This document shows positions 18,083-28,621 of a stretch of 64,000 nt of DNA, piece after piece; position 1 is the stretch's first letter; each line of letters opens with the position of its first letter. A program made the translations under genes and the position numbers. The notes under the pieces are model-generated. The model saw nothing but the letters and a program-made list of their open reading frames with translations, was not told the origin of the DNA and did not search any database. The stretch lies in contig CAWABA010000004.1 of the NCBI GenBank assembly GCA_963780185.1, positions 79,944-143,943 of the forward strand. The letters are read 5' to 3'. The DNA comes from Candidatus Bathyarchaeota archaeon (lineage in GTDB: Archaea; Thermoproteota; Bathyarchaeia; Bathyarchaeales; Bathycorpusculaceae).

Positions 18083-19337
18083 GTGTCATCCATCATCGAA
18101 GACCTCATTGCAGGAAAGTTTTCAACAACCGCGGAGAAGAAACCATAGAGGTTGACGTAATCACCACAGGCGGCTTCGGACGTGCCGCGGCTCCCGCTGG
18201 AAAAAGCCGTGGGAAAGCTGAGGTGGTTTATTACCCACAGGGCGGAGTCGAAGCAGCCATCAAAAAAGTTGACGACTTAATTGCCCCTGAACTTGCGGGT
18301 TTGAACGCGGATTTCCAAGAGGAAATCGACAGCACCCTGCATGAAGTGGATGGGTCAACCGATTTTAAGAACATCGGCGGAAACACAGCCTTCGCCATCT
18401 CACTTGCCAACGCCGAAGCAGCCGCCAACAGCCACGGGCTTTTGCTATTTCCAGTTTCTCGGTGGAAACGCCGCGACCACGCTGCCGTACCCGCTTGGCA
18501 ACTGCATAAGCGGCGGTCAACATGCACGGGGCAAATGCGCCAGACATTCAGGAATATCTTGCGTTGCCGAGTGGCGCTGAAACCTTTGTTGAGGCGCAGA
18601 CGGCGAACACTCAGATTCACCGAAAAATCGGGGATTCACTCAAGAAGAAAAGTACAACTTTTAACGGCGGCAAAAGCGACGAGGGCGCATGGATAGCTAA
18701 CATTGACACGACTGACGCGTTTGAAGTTATCGCGAAAGCCTGTGAAGAAGTCGGCAACGAACTTGACTTTGAATGCGGCTTCGGCATAGACGTCGCTGCG
18801 TCTTCGCTTTGGAAGCCAAAAGAAGAAAAATACGTGTTGGAAAGCGAAGGCAAAAAACTTGAAACAGCCGAGACAGCTGGAGTTCCTGCTTGAATTGATC
18901 GAAAAATACCATCTCGCCTACGTGGAAGACCCGTTCCACGAGGAAGACTACGAAAGCTTCGCTGAATTAACCCGCAAATCCAAAAACTGCCTTAATCTGC
19001 GGCGATGATTTATTCACAACTAATACTGAAAGGTTAAATAATGGAATCAAGATTAACGCTGGAAACGCTATCATAATAAAAGTCAACCAGATAGGCACTC
19101 TTAGCGATGCGGCTCAAACGATTGAAACAGCGCAGAGGCACGGGTACGACCCTGTTGTTTCGCACCGTTCAGGAGACACATGCGACTGGCACATTGCCCA
19201 TTTAGCCGTCGCGTACAGTGCCCCTCATCAAAACAGGCGTCGTGGAAGGCGCACGCATAGCTAAACTCAATGAGCTCATAAGGATCGAAGATTTCCTTGG
19301 GAACAGAGCCAAAATGGCTGATTTAAAAATACGCTAA
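18083..19337 (+). CDS. eno: Enolase (several single-base indels in this sequence)
   Basis: Fragments [65 protein letters not shown] and KLNELIRIE are colinear across frames. GAGGT SD before GTG. Confidence 0.9.
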
Positions 19338-19353
19338 CAGAGAAAGTGAAAGT

Positions 19354-20177
19354 ATGTCTGAAGACGAAGTAAAAGATAATCAACCAGAAGAAAACGAAGA
19401 AGAAAACCCAGAGGAACCCGTAGAAGAGGAAGCTGCCCCAGAAGAACAGCAAGTTGAGGAACCTGCAACAGAAGCAGAAACTGAGGAAGAAACTCAACCA
19501 GCTGAAGGCGAAGAGGCCGAGGAAGCGGAGGCACCCCGACTCCAGAAGCAGCGCCAGGAGAAGAGTTGCTTTTGCCACGCGACACATTGCTGTCAGCAGG
19601 CATCCACATCGGCACCCGAATGAAAACCCTGGACATGGAGCCATTCATCTACCGAGTCCGCCCAGACGGGTTATTCGTACTTGACGTTAAAAAAACGGAC
19701 GACCGAATCAGAGTCACCGCCAAGTTCCTGTCACGTTATGAACACGCCAAAATCTCCGTGGCAGCAACCAGACTTTACGCGCAGGAACCAATCAAAATGT
19801 TCTGCAAACTCACAGGCGCAACACCGCTTATCGGCAGATTCATTCCTGGGCAACTGTCAAATCCGCAGTATCCAGGCAGAATCGACCCTGAAGTCATCGT
19901 TGTCTGCGACCCACGTGCAGACGCGCAGGCAGTCAAAGAAGCCAGCAACGTCGGCATCCCAATCGTCGCGTTATGCAGCACCGACAACGAATTCTCAGGC
20001 GTAGACCTCGTCATCCCAACCAACAACAAAGGCAGAAGAGCATTAGCCGTCATATTCTGGCTTCTGGCAAGGCAAGTGCTCCGTGAAAGAGGAGAACTTG
20101 GACCAGACAAAGACCCACCAGTAACCATCGATGACTTTGAAGCTAAAGTGACACGCGAAGAGGAGGAGGAACCCTAA
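19354..20177 (+). CDS. rps2: 30S ribosomal protein uS2 with long acidic N-terminal extension (one indel near 19535)
   Basis: LSAGIHIGT, GRFIPG, DLVIPTNNKGRRAL. ATG 19354 frame joins the core frame at a C run. Confidence 0.93.
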
Positions 20178-20182
20178 AGCAG

Positions 20183-21034
20183 TTGCCGACCCTTCGGCGC
20201 CCAACCGTCGCAGGACAATTTTATGAAGCCGACGCCGAAGAGCTCAGAGCACAAATTAAAAGTTGTTTCCTCCGCAAACTTGGTCCGCAGAAACTTCCAG
20301 AAGTAAACCTTAGTTCCCACCCGCGAAGCATCGTCGGGTTAATTTGCCCCCACGCGGGCTACATGTATTCAGGTCCCGTGGCTGCATCTGCTTTTTACGA
20401 GTTAGCCCAAGACGGCAAACCTGACACCGTGGTTCTTTTAGGCCCAAACCACACAGGCTACGGCAACGCGCTTAGCATGATGAGGGAGGGTGTTTGGCAG
20501 ACCCCGCTTGGCAAAGTCGAAGTAGACACGGCGTTGGCTGACCAGATACGACAAGAAACCAGCCTCATCGACATAGACGAAGCCGCCCACCGCTACGAGC
20601 ACTCCCTTGAAGTGCAGTTGCCGTTTCTGCAATTTCTCTATGGAGACGAATTCAAGATTGTTCCCATCTGCTTTCTGATGCAGGATTACGATTCCGCTTT
20701 TGAGGTTGGAAGCGCGCTTGAAGAAGCCTTGGACGCAACGAACACGGTGGTTATCGCTTCTTCGGACATGACGCATTATGAGCCGGCAAAGTTGGCTGCT
20801 GAAAAAGACCAAGCGGCTCTCAAAGCCGTGACGGATCTGGATGCCAAACGCTTCTACGAAACCGTTGAGGCAAAAAACATCACGGCGTGCGGCTACGCGC
20901 CGATAACTGCCTTAATCACTTATGCTGGCGGCGTCTGCGCTAAAGCGCAACTGCTGAGCTACCATAACAGCGGCGACATAACAGGCGACCACTCCAGCGT
21001 AGTAGGCTACGCAGCAGTAAGCTTCAGAAAATAA
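20183..21034 (+). CDS. MEMO1 family / AmmeMemoRadiSam protein B
   Basis: RRPTVAGQFY, PHAGYMYSG, GPNH, EHSLEVQLPFLQ, ASSDMTHY, VVGYA. Confidence 0.93.
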   Translation: MPTLRRPTVAGQFYEADAEELRAQIKSCFLRKLGPQKLPEVNLSSHPRSIVGLICPHAGYMYSGPVAASAFYELAQDGKPDTVVLLGPNHTGYGNALSMMREGVWQTPLGKVEVDTALADQIRQETSLIDIDEAAHRYEHSLEVQLPFLQFLYGDEFKIVPICFLMQDYDSAFEVGSALEEALDATNTVVIASSDMTHYEPAKLAAEKDQAALKAVTDLDAKRFYETVEAKNITACGYAPITALITYAGGVCAKAQLLSYHNSGDITGDHSSVVGYAAVSFRK

Positions 21035-21050
21035 GGGTAAGCAGCGGTTT

Positions 21051-21702
21051 TTAGATGGAGTCCCATCGGGTGAGGGCTTCTTGCCTTTTCTTCTCGCTTT
21101 TAAGCCGCTGAATCTGGTCGTAAATTTCGCTTGCCTCCACGAACTGCACATCATACTGCCGAATAGTATCCTGCATTGCATCTGTCCAGTCTAAGAAGGT
21201 GCGGGTAAAGCGGGGTTATCCCGTGGCTGCCTTCTCGTTCAAACCAGAATTCAAAGTATGTGCCCGTGTAGCCGCTGGCTGTCACGCGGAAACCAAATTT
21301 CTCCAACACAACCCCCAAACGCCCCAGTACACGCCGCACGGCTCGGTCAAGAACCTCAGGGAACTTGTCAGCTACCTGCCTGTAGCGTTCGATGGATTCG
21401 TGCAGATGCGGCTCCAGATGCCACCATAGTGCGGGGTTGTCGAGTTCCGCCTGCACCGTTTTTTCCGCGTTCCTAACTAATTCGTTGACGTGGGCTTTCA
21501 TGGAGGCTATTTTTTCTTCAGTTAAACTTAAGGTGACTTCAGGGTTTTTGGTGATGTATTCTTTCGCGGTTTTTCTAAACCACTCCGACGCAAAAGCCGC
21601 CGTTTGCTTCGTGAATTGCGTTTTAAGTTCATCCATGCGTGAGAGAAGAGGCGAAAGCTCAGCTTCTTTTCTTTCAATTAAAGCATCTATTTCTTCACTC
21701 AT
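21051..21702 (-). CDS. Helical hypothetical protein (probable indel near 21195)
   Basis: The 183-aa ORF continues in another frame as LDWTDAMQDTIRQYD...KRQEALTRWDSI-stop at 21051. Confidence 0.6.
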
Positions 21703-22197
21703 GCCGCGGAATCCTCAGCCATTCCCTCTTAGACCTGTTTGCCTGATGTCTTTATGCGGTTAGGTGAAAAAAGATTCTGCAACTGCAATTCACATTCAAA
21801 TTCCTGATTTATGCTCCATTCAAAGCCGAAGCAGAAAACGTCGACAAACGCCGAGGCAGGTTGGGCAAGCGAGGCAGAGCTCTATATAACCAAGCGGTTG
21901 TGACTTCAAAATGTAACAACATTATCTTATATCTTATTCCTGTGTAGAATGCTTGAGCGAGAAAGGAAAAAGCAAGGGATTGCCAACAACAGTTAGGCGG
22001 TCTGGCTGCTAGCAAGGCGACGAGGCATCTTTGCCCAAAAAATTTTTTGCCTGTCCCATGCTAACACAAGGCTTGAGCGCCTAACGCTACTTTTCCCCCA
22101 CTAACCAAACTTGCCCAACCAAATATTGTTCAAGATATCGTTTAATTTTGGCTTTGCGAAAAAAAAAGAAAAAATAGAGATTGAAAAATATTTAGCT

Positions 22198-22386
22198 TTA
22201 CAGTTTCTTCTTTACTTTTGTAGCTGCTTTCTTGGCATCTTCAGCCGCTGCTTTCCCGACTTTTTTGGCGTCTACAGCAACTTTTTTAGATTCTTGGGCA
22301 ACTTTTCCGCCCACTTTCTTAGCATCTACCGCAAGTTTCTTTGCGTCTGCTTCTACTACTTTTTTCGCGTTTTTTATAGTTGGCAT
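22198..22386 (-). CDS. Small Lys/Ala-rich repeat protein
   Basis: 62 aa with repeated (D/E)(A/S)KK units. TATA-like TTTTAAAT upstream and a long T tract downstream. Confidence 0.7.
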   Translation of the reverse strand: MPTIKNAKKVVEADAKKLAVDAKKVGGKVAQESKKVAVDAKKVGKAAAEDAKKAATKVKKKL

Positions 22387-22640
22387 ATTGTTAACCAGCT
22401 TAAGTCTTGGATGTCCATATTTAAAAAGTCTCTGTTTTTCACTCCTCTTCAGAAAAGGCTCTTGAAAAAAACTTCGTTTTTATTTCTAAACTCAGGCTTG
22501 CGAGGAATGCACTAACGGCTTTTATCTCGGCATAAACGTGGAAAATCGGCTGATTTTTCGTTTTCTCAAAACGACACTTTGATAAAAGAATGTTTTTATT
22601 ATAATTGGCGTTATAGCTACCTTTCAAGGTGTAAAACTGT

Positions 22641-23582
22641 ATGGGTAAGGGGTCAGGTTACGGGAAAGTAATTTTGTTCGGCGAACACTTCGTTGTCCAC
22701 GGGGCACCCGGCGTCGTCTCCGCGATTGATTCCACAACCGACGCAGAAGTCAAAAAAGCAGCAAAAGGAATCAACGTAAAGGACGAACGGAAAACCGCTA
22801 AAGGCTACAGCGAAGAAAAACGTCTCCAGCAAATCGAATCCATCGAGAATATGCTAAGAACCATGGGCGTCGACCCTAAAATCGGGCTTGACATCTGGAT
22901 CGGCGGCACCCTTCCAGCCTTCAGCGGACTGGGCGCTTCCGCGGCAAGCAGCGTCGCCATCGCAAGAGCCATCGCGCAGGAACTTGGCATGCAATTCTCC
23001 GAGGAAAAAATAAATCAAATAACCTACGAAGCGGAGAAAGCTTACGCTGGCAACCCCTCAGGCATCGACAACACCGCTGCAACCTACGGCGGCTTGATGT
23101 GGTTCAAAAAAGATGCGGCTGGTGGACCCGACAAGATTGAAAAACTGCATGTGCGGAGACCAATTGAAATTGTCATAGGCAGCACGGGCAAAGTTGCAAA
23201 CACCAAAGCCATGGTGGAAGGCGTTGCTGACCGCAAAAAGAAAAACCCAGCGAAATATGACCCAATCTTTAAGCAAGCTGAAAACGTCGCCTTTGCAGGG
23301 CGGAAAGCGCTTGAGACATATGACCTAAAAAAGGTGGGTGACCTCATGAATGAAAACCACCGTTTGCTCCAAGAAATCGGGGTATCCAGCACGGAACTTG
23401 ACATGCTTGTTGATTTAGCCCGAAAACAGGGCGCTTTCGGCGCGAAGCTTACAGGCGGAGGCGGCGGAGGATGCATGGTCGCGCTTACTCCAGGAAAAGA
23501 ATTGCAGGGCAAAGTTTTGAGCGCCATCAAATACTTGGGTTTTGAAGTTCTGAGCACAAAAGTCGGCGTTGAAAAATATTAA
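22641..23582 (+). CDS. mvk: Mevalonate kinase
   Basis: GKVILFGEHFVVHG, PAFSGLGASAA, GNPSGID, AKLTGGGGGGC (GHMP). Confidence 0.95.
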   Translation: MGKGSGYGKVILFGEHFVVHGAPGVVSAIDSTTDAEVKKAAKGINVKDERKTAKGYSEEKRLQQIESIENMLRTMGVDPKIGLDIWIGGTLPAFSGLGASAASSVAIARAIAQELGMQFSEEKINQITYEAEKAYAGNPSGIDNTAATYGGLMWFKKDAAGGPDKIEKLHVRRPIEIVIGSTGKVANTKAMVEGVADRKKKNPAKYDPIFKQAENVAFAGRKALETYDLKKVGDLMNENHRLLQEIGVSSTELDMLVDLARKQGAFGAKLTGGGGGGCMVALTPGKELQGKVLSAIKYLGFEVLSTKVGVEKY

Positions 23583-23595
23583 GGTGGATGGCAAA

Positions 23596-24903
23596 TTGGG
23601 TTTGAGAAGTTTCATAGAAGTTCTCGATAAAAGCGGAGAATTAACCAGGATTAAGAAGCCTGTCTCCACCGAGTATGAGTTAGCTGGCATAATAGATGCT
23701 TTGGGCGAGAAGCCAGTGTATTTTGAGAAAGTTAAGGAATCAGAGTACCCTGTCGTTGCGGGGCTTTTGTCGTCCAAAGAGTTGATTGTGAGGTCGCTTG
23801 GCATAAGTAAAGACCAGTTGTTGCCTAAGCTGTCCTCCGCCATTGAGCATCCTGTGCCGCCGCAACTCGTTGAAAAAGGAGAATGCCAACAAGTAGTGGA
23901 AAACAATGTTGATTTAACTAAACTTCCTATAATGCGGTACACGGAAAAAGACGGCGGAAAATACATCGCGTCAGCCGTCACCATAATCAAAGACCCGCAG
24001 CTGGGCAGAAACATGTGTTTCCACCGCCTCATGCTCAAAGACAGAAACCACTTCGTCGCCCGAATCGTGGAGCACCGCGGCACCGACACCGCCCTCGCAA
24101 AAGCAGGAGGCGAACTGGACATCGCAATCTGCATCGGGAATTCCGCGGCGGTTCTGGTCGCAGCCGCGACGACTCTGCCCATGGGCGTTGACGAACTGGG
24201 GATGGCGAACGCGCTAGAGAAAACCGAGCTGGTGAAATGCAAAACCGTCGATTTGGAGGTGCCTGCCGCCAGCGAATTCGTGCTGGAGGGACGCATCACA
24301 AAGGAAAAAGCAACGGAGGGACCTTTCCTGGATTTGACAGGCGTCGTCGACCGAGTGCGGCAGCAACCTGTCCTCGAAATCAAATGTGTCACACACCGCC
24401 GCAGCCCGATTTACCAGACGATTCTCGCGGGCAAGAACGAGCACAAATTTCTCATGGGCATGCCCAAGGAGCCTACGATTTTCAACGAAGTTAACAAGGT
24501 TTGCCAATGCAGGGACGTCTACATCACGCCCGGCGGATGCAGCTGGCTCCACGCCGTCGTCCAAATCAAAAAGCAGAACACGGATGATGGGAAAAAAGCG
24601 ATTGCTGCGGCTTTCGAGGGGCACAAGTCGCTTAAGCATGTGGTTGTCGTCGACGAAGACATTAACATTTACGACCCCCATGAAGTCGAATGGGCGATTG
24701 CGACGAGGTTCCAAGCCGACAAAAACACGGTCATCCTAAGCAACCAACCAGGCAGTTCGCTTGACCCTTCGGGCGACCTGAGCGAAGGCAAAAAAGCCAC
24801 AACCGCCAAAGCAGGGTTGGACGCAACCATCCCACTCGTTACCACGGGCAAAGGCTTCGGCAAGCAGGAATACGTCAAAGTAGACTTAAACAAGTATCTG
24901 TGA
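23596..24903 (+). CDS. UbiD-family decarboxylase, probably anhydromevalonate-phosphate decarboxylase
   Basis: FHRL, EFVLEG, EGPF, VVVVDEDINI...VEWAIATRFQ, GSSLDPS. Sits between mvk and acnX genes. Confidence 0.88.
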   Translation: MGLRSFIEVLDKSGELTRIKKPVSTEYELAGIIDALGEKPVYFEKVKESEYPVVAGLLSSKELIVRSLGISKDQLLPKLSSAIEHPVPPQLVEKGECQQVVENNVDLTKLPIMRYTEKDGGKYIASAVTIIKDPQLGRNMCFHRLMLKDRNHFVARIVEHRGTDTALAKAGGELDIAICIGNSAAVLVAAATTLPMGVDELGMANALEKTELVKCKTVDLEVPAASEFVLEGRITKEKATEGPFLDLTGVVDRVRQQPVLEIKCVTHRRSPIYQTILAGKNEHKFLMGMPKEPTIFNEVNKVCQCRDVYITPGGCSWLHAVVQIKKQNTDDGKKAIAAAFEGHKSLKHVVVVDEDINIYDPHEVEWAIATRFQADKNTVILSNQPGSSLDPSGDLSEGKKATTAKAGLDATIPLVTTGKGFGKQEYVKVDLNKYL

Positions 24904-24909
24904 CCCAAA

Positions 24910-26109
24910 ATGCAGTTGACTAAACAAGAGCAAAAGATGTTGGAAGGCGCTGAAGGCTACGCCGTGCGGAAAAGCATGGAAATCCTCGTTGCACTCGGCG
25001 AGATTTACGGCGCAAAAAGCCTCATAGAGGTAGGCAGCGTCCAAGTGGCAGGAGTCTCATACAACAACCTCGGCGACGCCGGGTTAGAATTTCTCGACGA
25101 GTTGGCAAAAGATGGCAAAGTCCGTGTTCTCACAACACTGAACCCAGCAGGCATGGATTTGGAAAACTGGCGGCAACTCGGCATCAGCCCAGAATTCGCT
25201 GAAAAACAAAACCTCGTCATCAAAGCCTTCGAGAAAATGGGCATCCTCATCAGCTGCACCTGCACACCCTACCTAATCGGCAACCTACCGCTTTACGGAG
25301 AACACATTGCGTGGTCAGAAAGCTCAGCCGTCACCTTCGCAAACTCGGTGATTGGCGCAAAAACAAACAAGGAAGGCGGACCATCCGCTTTGGCGGCGGC
25401 TTTCGTCGGCAAAACGCCCTGTTACGGGCTGCATTTGGATGAGAACCGAGTTCCCGACGTCCATGTTGAGGTGAAGGCTGAGTTGAAGAAGCTTTCGGAT
25501 TGGGGCGCGTTGGGCTACGCGATAGGGAAGAAGGCGGAAAACAAAACCCCGTTCATCACGGGAATTAAAGAGGCTAACTTAGACGAACTCAAATCATTCT
25601 GCGCCTCCGTCGTGACTTACGGCGCCAAACCACTCTTCTACATCAAAGGTATAACGCCCGCTTCAGAGCAGCAAAAAATGCCGAGCCAAACAGTAACCAT
25701 TGAAGCAGCCGACATCAAAAACGCCTACGACAACATCAACGACCAAGTAAACGAAATAGAACTCGTCTGCGTCGGCTGCCCACACTGCTCAATCAACGAA
25801 ATCGCCAAAGTCGCGGAGCTTGTTGAAGGAAAAAAGGTCGCGGCGGGCACGGAGTTTTGGGTAGCAACCTCACGAAGCGCCAAGCAACTTGCAGACAAAC
25901 GAGGCTATACGACGACTATTGAGGCGGCTGGCGGCAAATTCGCATGCGACACATGCATGGCTGTTGCGCCGCTGAAAGGCAGGTTTAAGTCGTTGGCGAC
26001 AACGTCGGCGAAAGGCTGCTTCTACTCGAGGCAGAACCTGATGAAAACCAAGATGGGAAGCATTGAAGAATGCGTTCAGGCGGCGGTGACTGGGAAATGG
26101 AACAGTTGA
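24910..26109 (+). CDS. Aconitase X large subunit, probably phosphomevalonate dehydratase large subunit
   Basis: TTLNPAG, CTCTPY, WSESSAV..NSVIGA.TN.EGG, GCPHCS, DTCM. Confidence 0.9.
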   Translation: MQLTKQEQKMLEGAEGYAVRKSMEILVALGEIYGAKSLIEVGSVQVAGVSYNNLGDAGLEFLDELAKDGKVRVLTTLNPAGMDLENWRQLGISPEFAEKQNLVIKAFEKMGILISCTCTPYLIGNLPLYGEHIAWSESSAVTFANSVIGAKTNKEGGPSALAAAFVGKTPCYGLHLDENRVPDVHVEVKAELKKLSDWGALGYAIGKKAENKTPFITGIKEANLDELKSFCASVVTYGAKPLFYIKGITPASEQQKMPSQTVTIEAADIKNAYDNINDQVNEIELVCVGCPHCSINEIAKVAELVEGKKVAAGTEFWVATSRSAKQLADKRGYTTTIEAAGGKFACDTCMAVAPLKGRFKSLATTSAKGCFYSRQNLMKTKMGSIEECVQAAVTGKWNS

Positions 26110-26483
26110 AAGGCAGAATAATCTACAAAGGCAAAGCGCAGGGAGAAGCGCTCGTTACTAGCCAACCTATTTCGTTCTACGGCGGAGTAGACCCGAACAC
26201 AGGCGTCATCATCGAGAAAGGGCATGAACTTCAGGGACAAAGCGTCAAAGGCAAAATATTGGTTTTCCCAACGGGCAAAGGCTCAACCGTTGGCTCCTAC
26301 ACATTGTACCGCATGAAGAAGAACGGCGCCGCACCCGCAGGCATGATCAACAGGGAATGCGAAACCGTGGTTGCAGTCGGAGTCATCATCAGCGAAATCC
26401 CATGCGTCGACAAAATTGACATCTCAAAAATAAAGACAGGCTACAAGGTCAACATAGAAAACGATACAGTCAGCATAACATAA
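26097..26483 (+). CDS. Aconitase X swivel (DUF126) subunit, probably phosphomevalonate dehydratase small subunit
   Basis: ISFYGGVDP.TG, GKILVFPTGKGSTVGSY. Confidence 0.92.
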   Translation: MEQLKGRIIYKGKAQGEALVTSQPISFYGGVDPNTGVIIEKGHELQGQSVKGKILVFPTGKGSTVGSYTLYRMKKNGAAPAGMINRECETVVAVGVIISEIPCVDKIDISKIKTGYKVNIENDTVSIT

Positions 26484-26628
26484 AACCCTCAGTTTCCAAA
26501 ATCAGCGGTTTCTGCGTCCCAGCAGGCTTTTTGAGACGCCTAAAAAATCGCTTCTTTTCTGGCACGAGATAGAAAAAACTGGGAGCGTGATTTAGGTGTT
26601 TTCGTAGTTTTGCCGCTTGCAACCATTT

Positions 26629-26952
26629 TTACGTGCTGGCTTTGGCGTCTTTGTCTCCGACGTTGACAGTTACGTTTTGCTGAATGTTTTGAGGAGTTTT
26701 TTTGTCAGATCGGTAGGTCACTATTGTGAATACTAGCCAGACGATGAAGCCATAGATAACTGCATTAAAGATTGCCTTTATCAGGACGTCTCCGTAGATT
26801 GCGCCGCCTACCTTGTACGTCGTTGTCTCAATGGGTAGCTTTAGCATGTTGTATAGAGCTTGCCCCGGAGGAATCGTGGTTGCGCCGATGCATACCAAAA
26901 GGACGATTACGAACACTGCTAAGAATACAAGTGCCCCTTTCATTTTTCCCAA
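26629..26952 (-). CDS. Two-TM membrane protein
   Basis: Two hydrophobic segments; IPPGQ motif. Confidence 0.7.
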   Translation of the reverse strand: MGKMKGALVFLAVFVIVLLVCIGATTIPPGQALYNMLKLPIETTTYKVGGAIYGDVLIKAIFNAVIYGFIVWLVFTIVTYRSDKKTPQNIQQNVTVNVGDKDAKAST

Positions 26953-27143
26953 ATACCCCGTGGATTTTTATCAGATGGATCGCAATATAAGCCTTTATGA
27001 AGTTCACGCAACCATAACGAGCACGCACGACATCTTTATGCAACCATAAATGCAAAAGCTACAGAATTTTGCCTTCGCTTAGAGACAGCAATCTGCCTCA
27101 AAATTTATGTTTTCTTGACCGACAACGCTTTGGGCTGTTTTTC

Positions 27144-27587
27144 TTAGTCTATGGGTTTTGTCCATCCGCCGTTGCTGAACCGTGCTAGGCACCCGAAGGG
27201 AAAACACAGCAGCAGGTCAATTACGGCTATGGTAGGCAGGAACGGCAGGTTGAAGGTTACTCTCAGGACGAGGTTCAGGGTGGAGAAGGCAAGCAGCAGG
27301 AACAAACCGTTTAGCCAGAAGCCCACTTGCCAGCCACGGGTTTTATGCAGGCTGTTGATCAAGGCGATGTTTACTACGCCAAGTATGAGGGGCTGCGCAA
27401 AATAGGTGATAGCAAGCAGGAACGCGAATCCCAGCGGCGGCATGTAGCTCATGAAAGATTGCTGCGTGGAGTCAAGCCAAGCTTGAATCACGATTAAGAT
27501 GATGACTGTTACTAAGCCTTGCAGAAACAGTTTTTCTGCTAGCCGAAGATTTCTGAAGTGATTAAGCATTTTGTTTTCACTTAGCAT
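27144..27587 (-). CDS. Four-TM membrane protein
   Basis: Four hydrophobic segments. Overlaps the stop of the upstream hydrolase gene. Confidence 0.7.
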   Translation of the reverse strand: MLSENKMLNHFRNLRLAEKLFLQGLVTVIILIVIQAWLDSTQQSFMSYMPPLGFAFLLAITYFAQPLILGVVNIALINSLHKTRGWQVGFWLNGLFLLLAFSTLNLVLRVTFNLPFLPTIAVIDLLLCFPFGCLARFSNGGWTKPID

Positions 27588-28506
27588 TTTCTGCAATCCA
27601 GTTACCTACCGCTGTCTCTGTCTGTGTCCCGCGGATCCCGTAGTTATCGTAAGCGCTATTCCAATACACGATCCAGCAGCCTTTTAGCCCCATGCTTTTA
27701 AAAAGGTTAAGCCCGTTGATGATGTAGCTGGTTTGGGCGACGCTGTCACTTGTGGACATGCCAAATTCGGTGATGACCACGTTCTTATGAGTTATCTGAG
27801 CCAAGTTATTTACGAAATGCGGGGACAAAACAAGAAATGAATTCATGAAAATGTCAAAGCCCACGAAGTTAAGTTTCTTGCTGAGATCAATTGGAATGTT
27901 ACTTCTTACTATGTAGCCGATTCCAAAGTTGGTGTAGTATTGAACGGGCAAGTTGTGGGCTGCAACTGTTGCATACATAGTGTTAAAGTTAGAGATAATT
28001 TCGTCATCAGAATACAATGCACCGATGTCCCAACCCGAAGAAGTTTCAGGCTCATTCATCACTTGGACATATTTCAGATCGTTCCCCCAGCGGTCCAGGT
28101 AATAATTGATGGTGTCGGTTGTCTCATAGTTCTGGATTACAAGAGCCACTGCTAGCCCATAATGGGAAGTGGCGGAAAAAAACATGTCTGTTTTCTGATT
28201 GTTTATGTCATTTGGATTAAGCGGGTTGCAGACAAGGTTGATTCGGATAACTTTGAAGCCTAAATCGTGGATCTGTGTGACTTGCGCATAAATGTCAGTC
28301 AGGTTATCCTGCTCGTAAACGTAGTGTATGCCGACTTGGAAGGCGGAGTTGGAGTTTCTCTGACCAGACGCGTAATAGTCGTAGGAGTAGAAAATCTGGA
28401 TGAAGAGGAACATAACGCATAGCGTGATGACAATGAGGTTCTTAACCAAGCTCTTGTTAGTAAACCTGGCTAACCCTTGAACAAGGTTCGAAGCAGGCTT
28501 CCCCAT
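27577..28506 (-). CDS. Membrane-anchored clan GH-A-like glycoside hydrolase (TIM barrel)
   Basis: N-terminal TM, LGFKVIRI, QVMNEP (acid/base) and VVITEFG (nucleophile). Confidence 0.7.
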   Translation of the reverse strand: MGKPASNLVQGLARFTNKSLVKNLIVITLCVMFLFIQIFYSYDYYASGQRNSNSAFQVGIHYVYEQDNLTDIYAQVTQIHDLGFKVIRINLVCNPLNPNDINNQKTDMFFSATSHYGLAVALVIQNYETTDTINYYLDRWGNDLKYVQVMNEPETSSGWDIGALYSDDEIISNFNTMYATVAAHNLPVQYYTNFGIGYIVRSNIPIDLSKKLNFVGFDIFMNSFLVLSPHFVNNLAQITHKNVVITEFGMSTSDSVAQTSYIINGLNLFKSMGLKGCWIVYWNSAYDNYGIRGTQTETAVGNWIAENAK

Positions 28507-28621
28507 AGCCTACCATGTACACCATTGCTCTTTTAAGGTTTAATGAAACACGAACGATTTTTCTTCGTTACATACAAAAGTAATTTATATTTTAAGAGCA
28601 CATAGCCCAAGCAGGGTTACC

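Noticed and set aside
18083-20177. eno and rps2 as pseudogenes or programmed frameshifts
   Set aside because: Essential genes with intact motifs. The indels fall in an error-dense zone with no consistent slippery site.
21720-22190. Long intergenic region with 68-aa and 134-aa ORFs and repeated CGAGGCA
   Set aside because: No credible protein features or stable structure could be established by eye.
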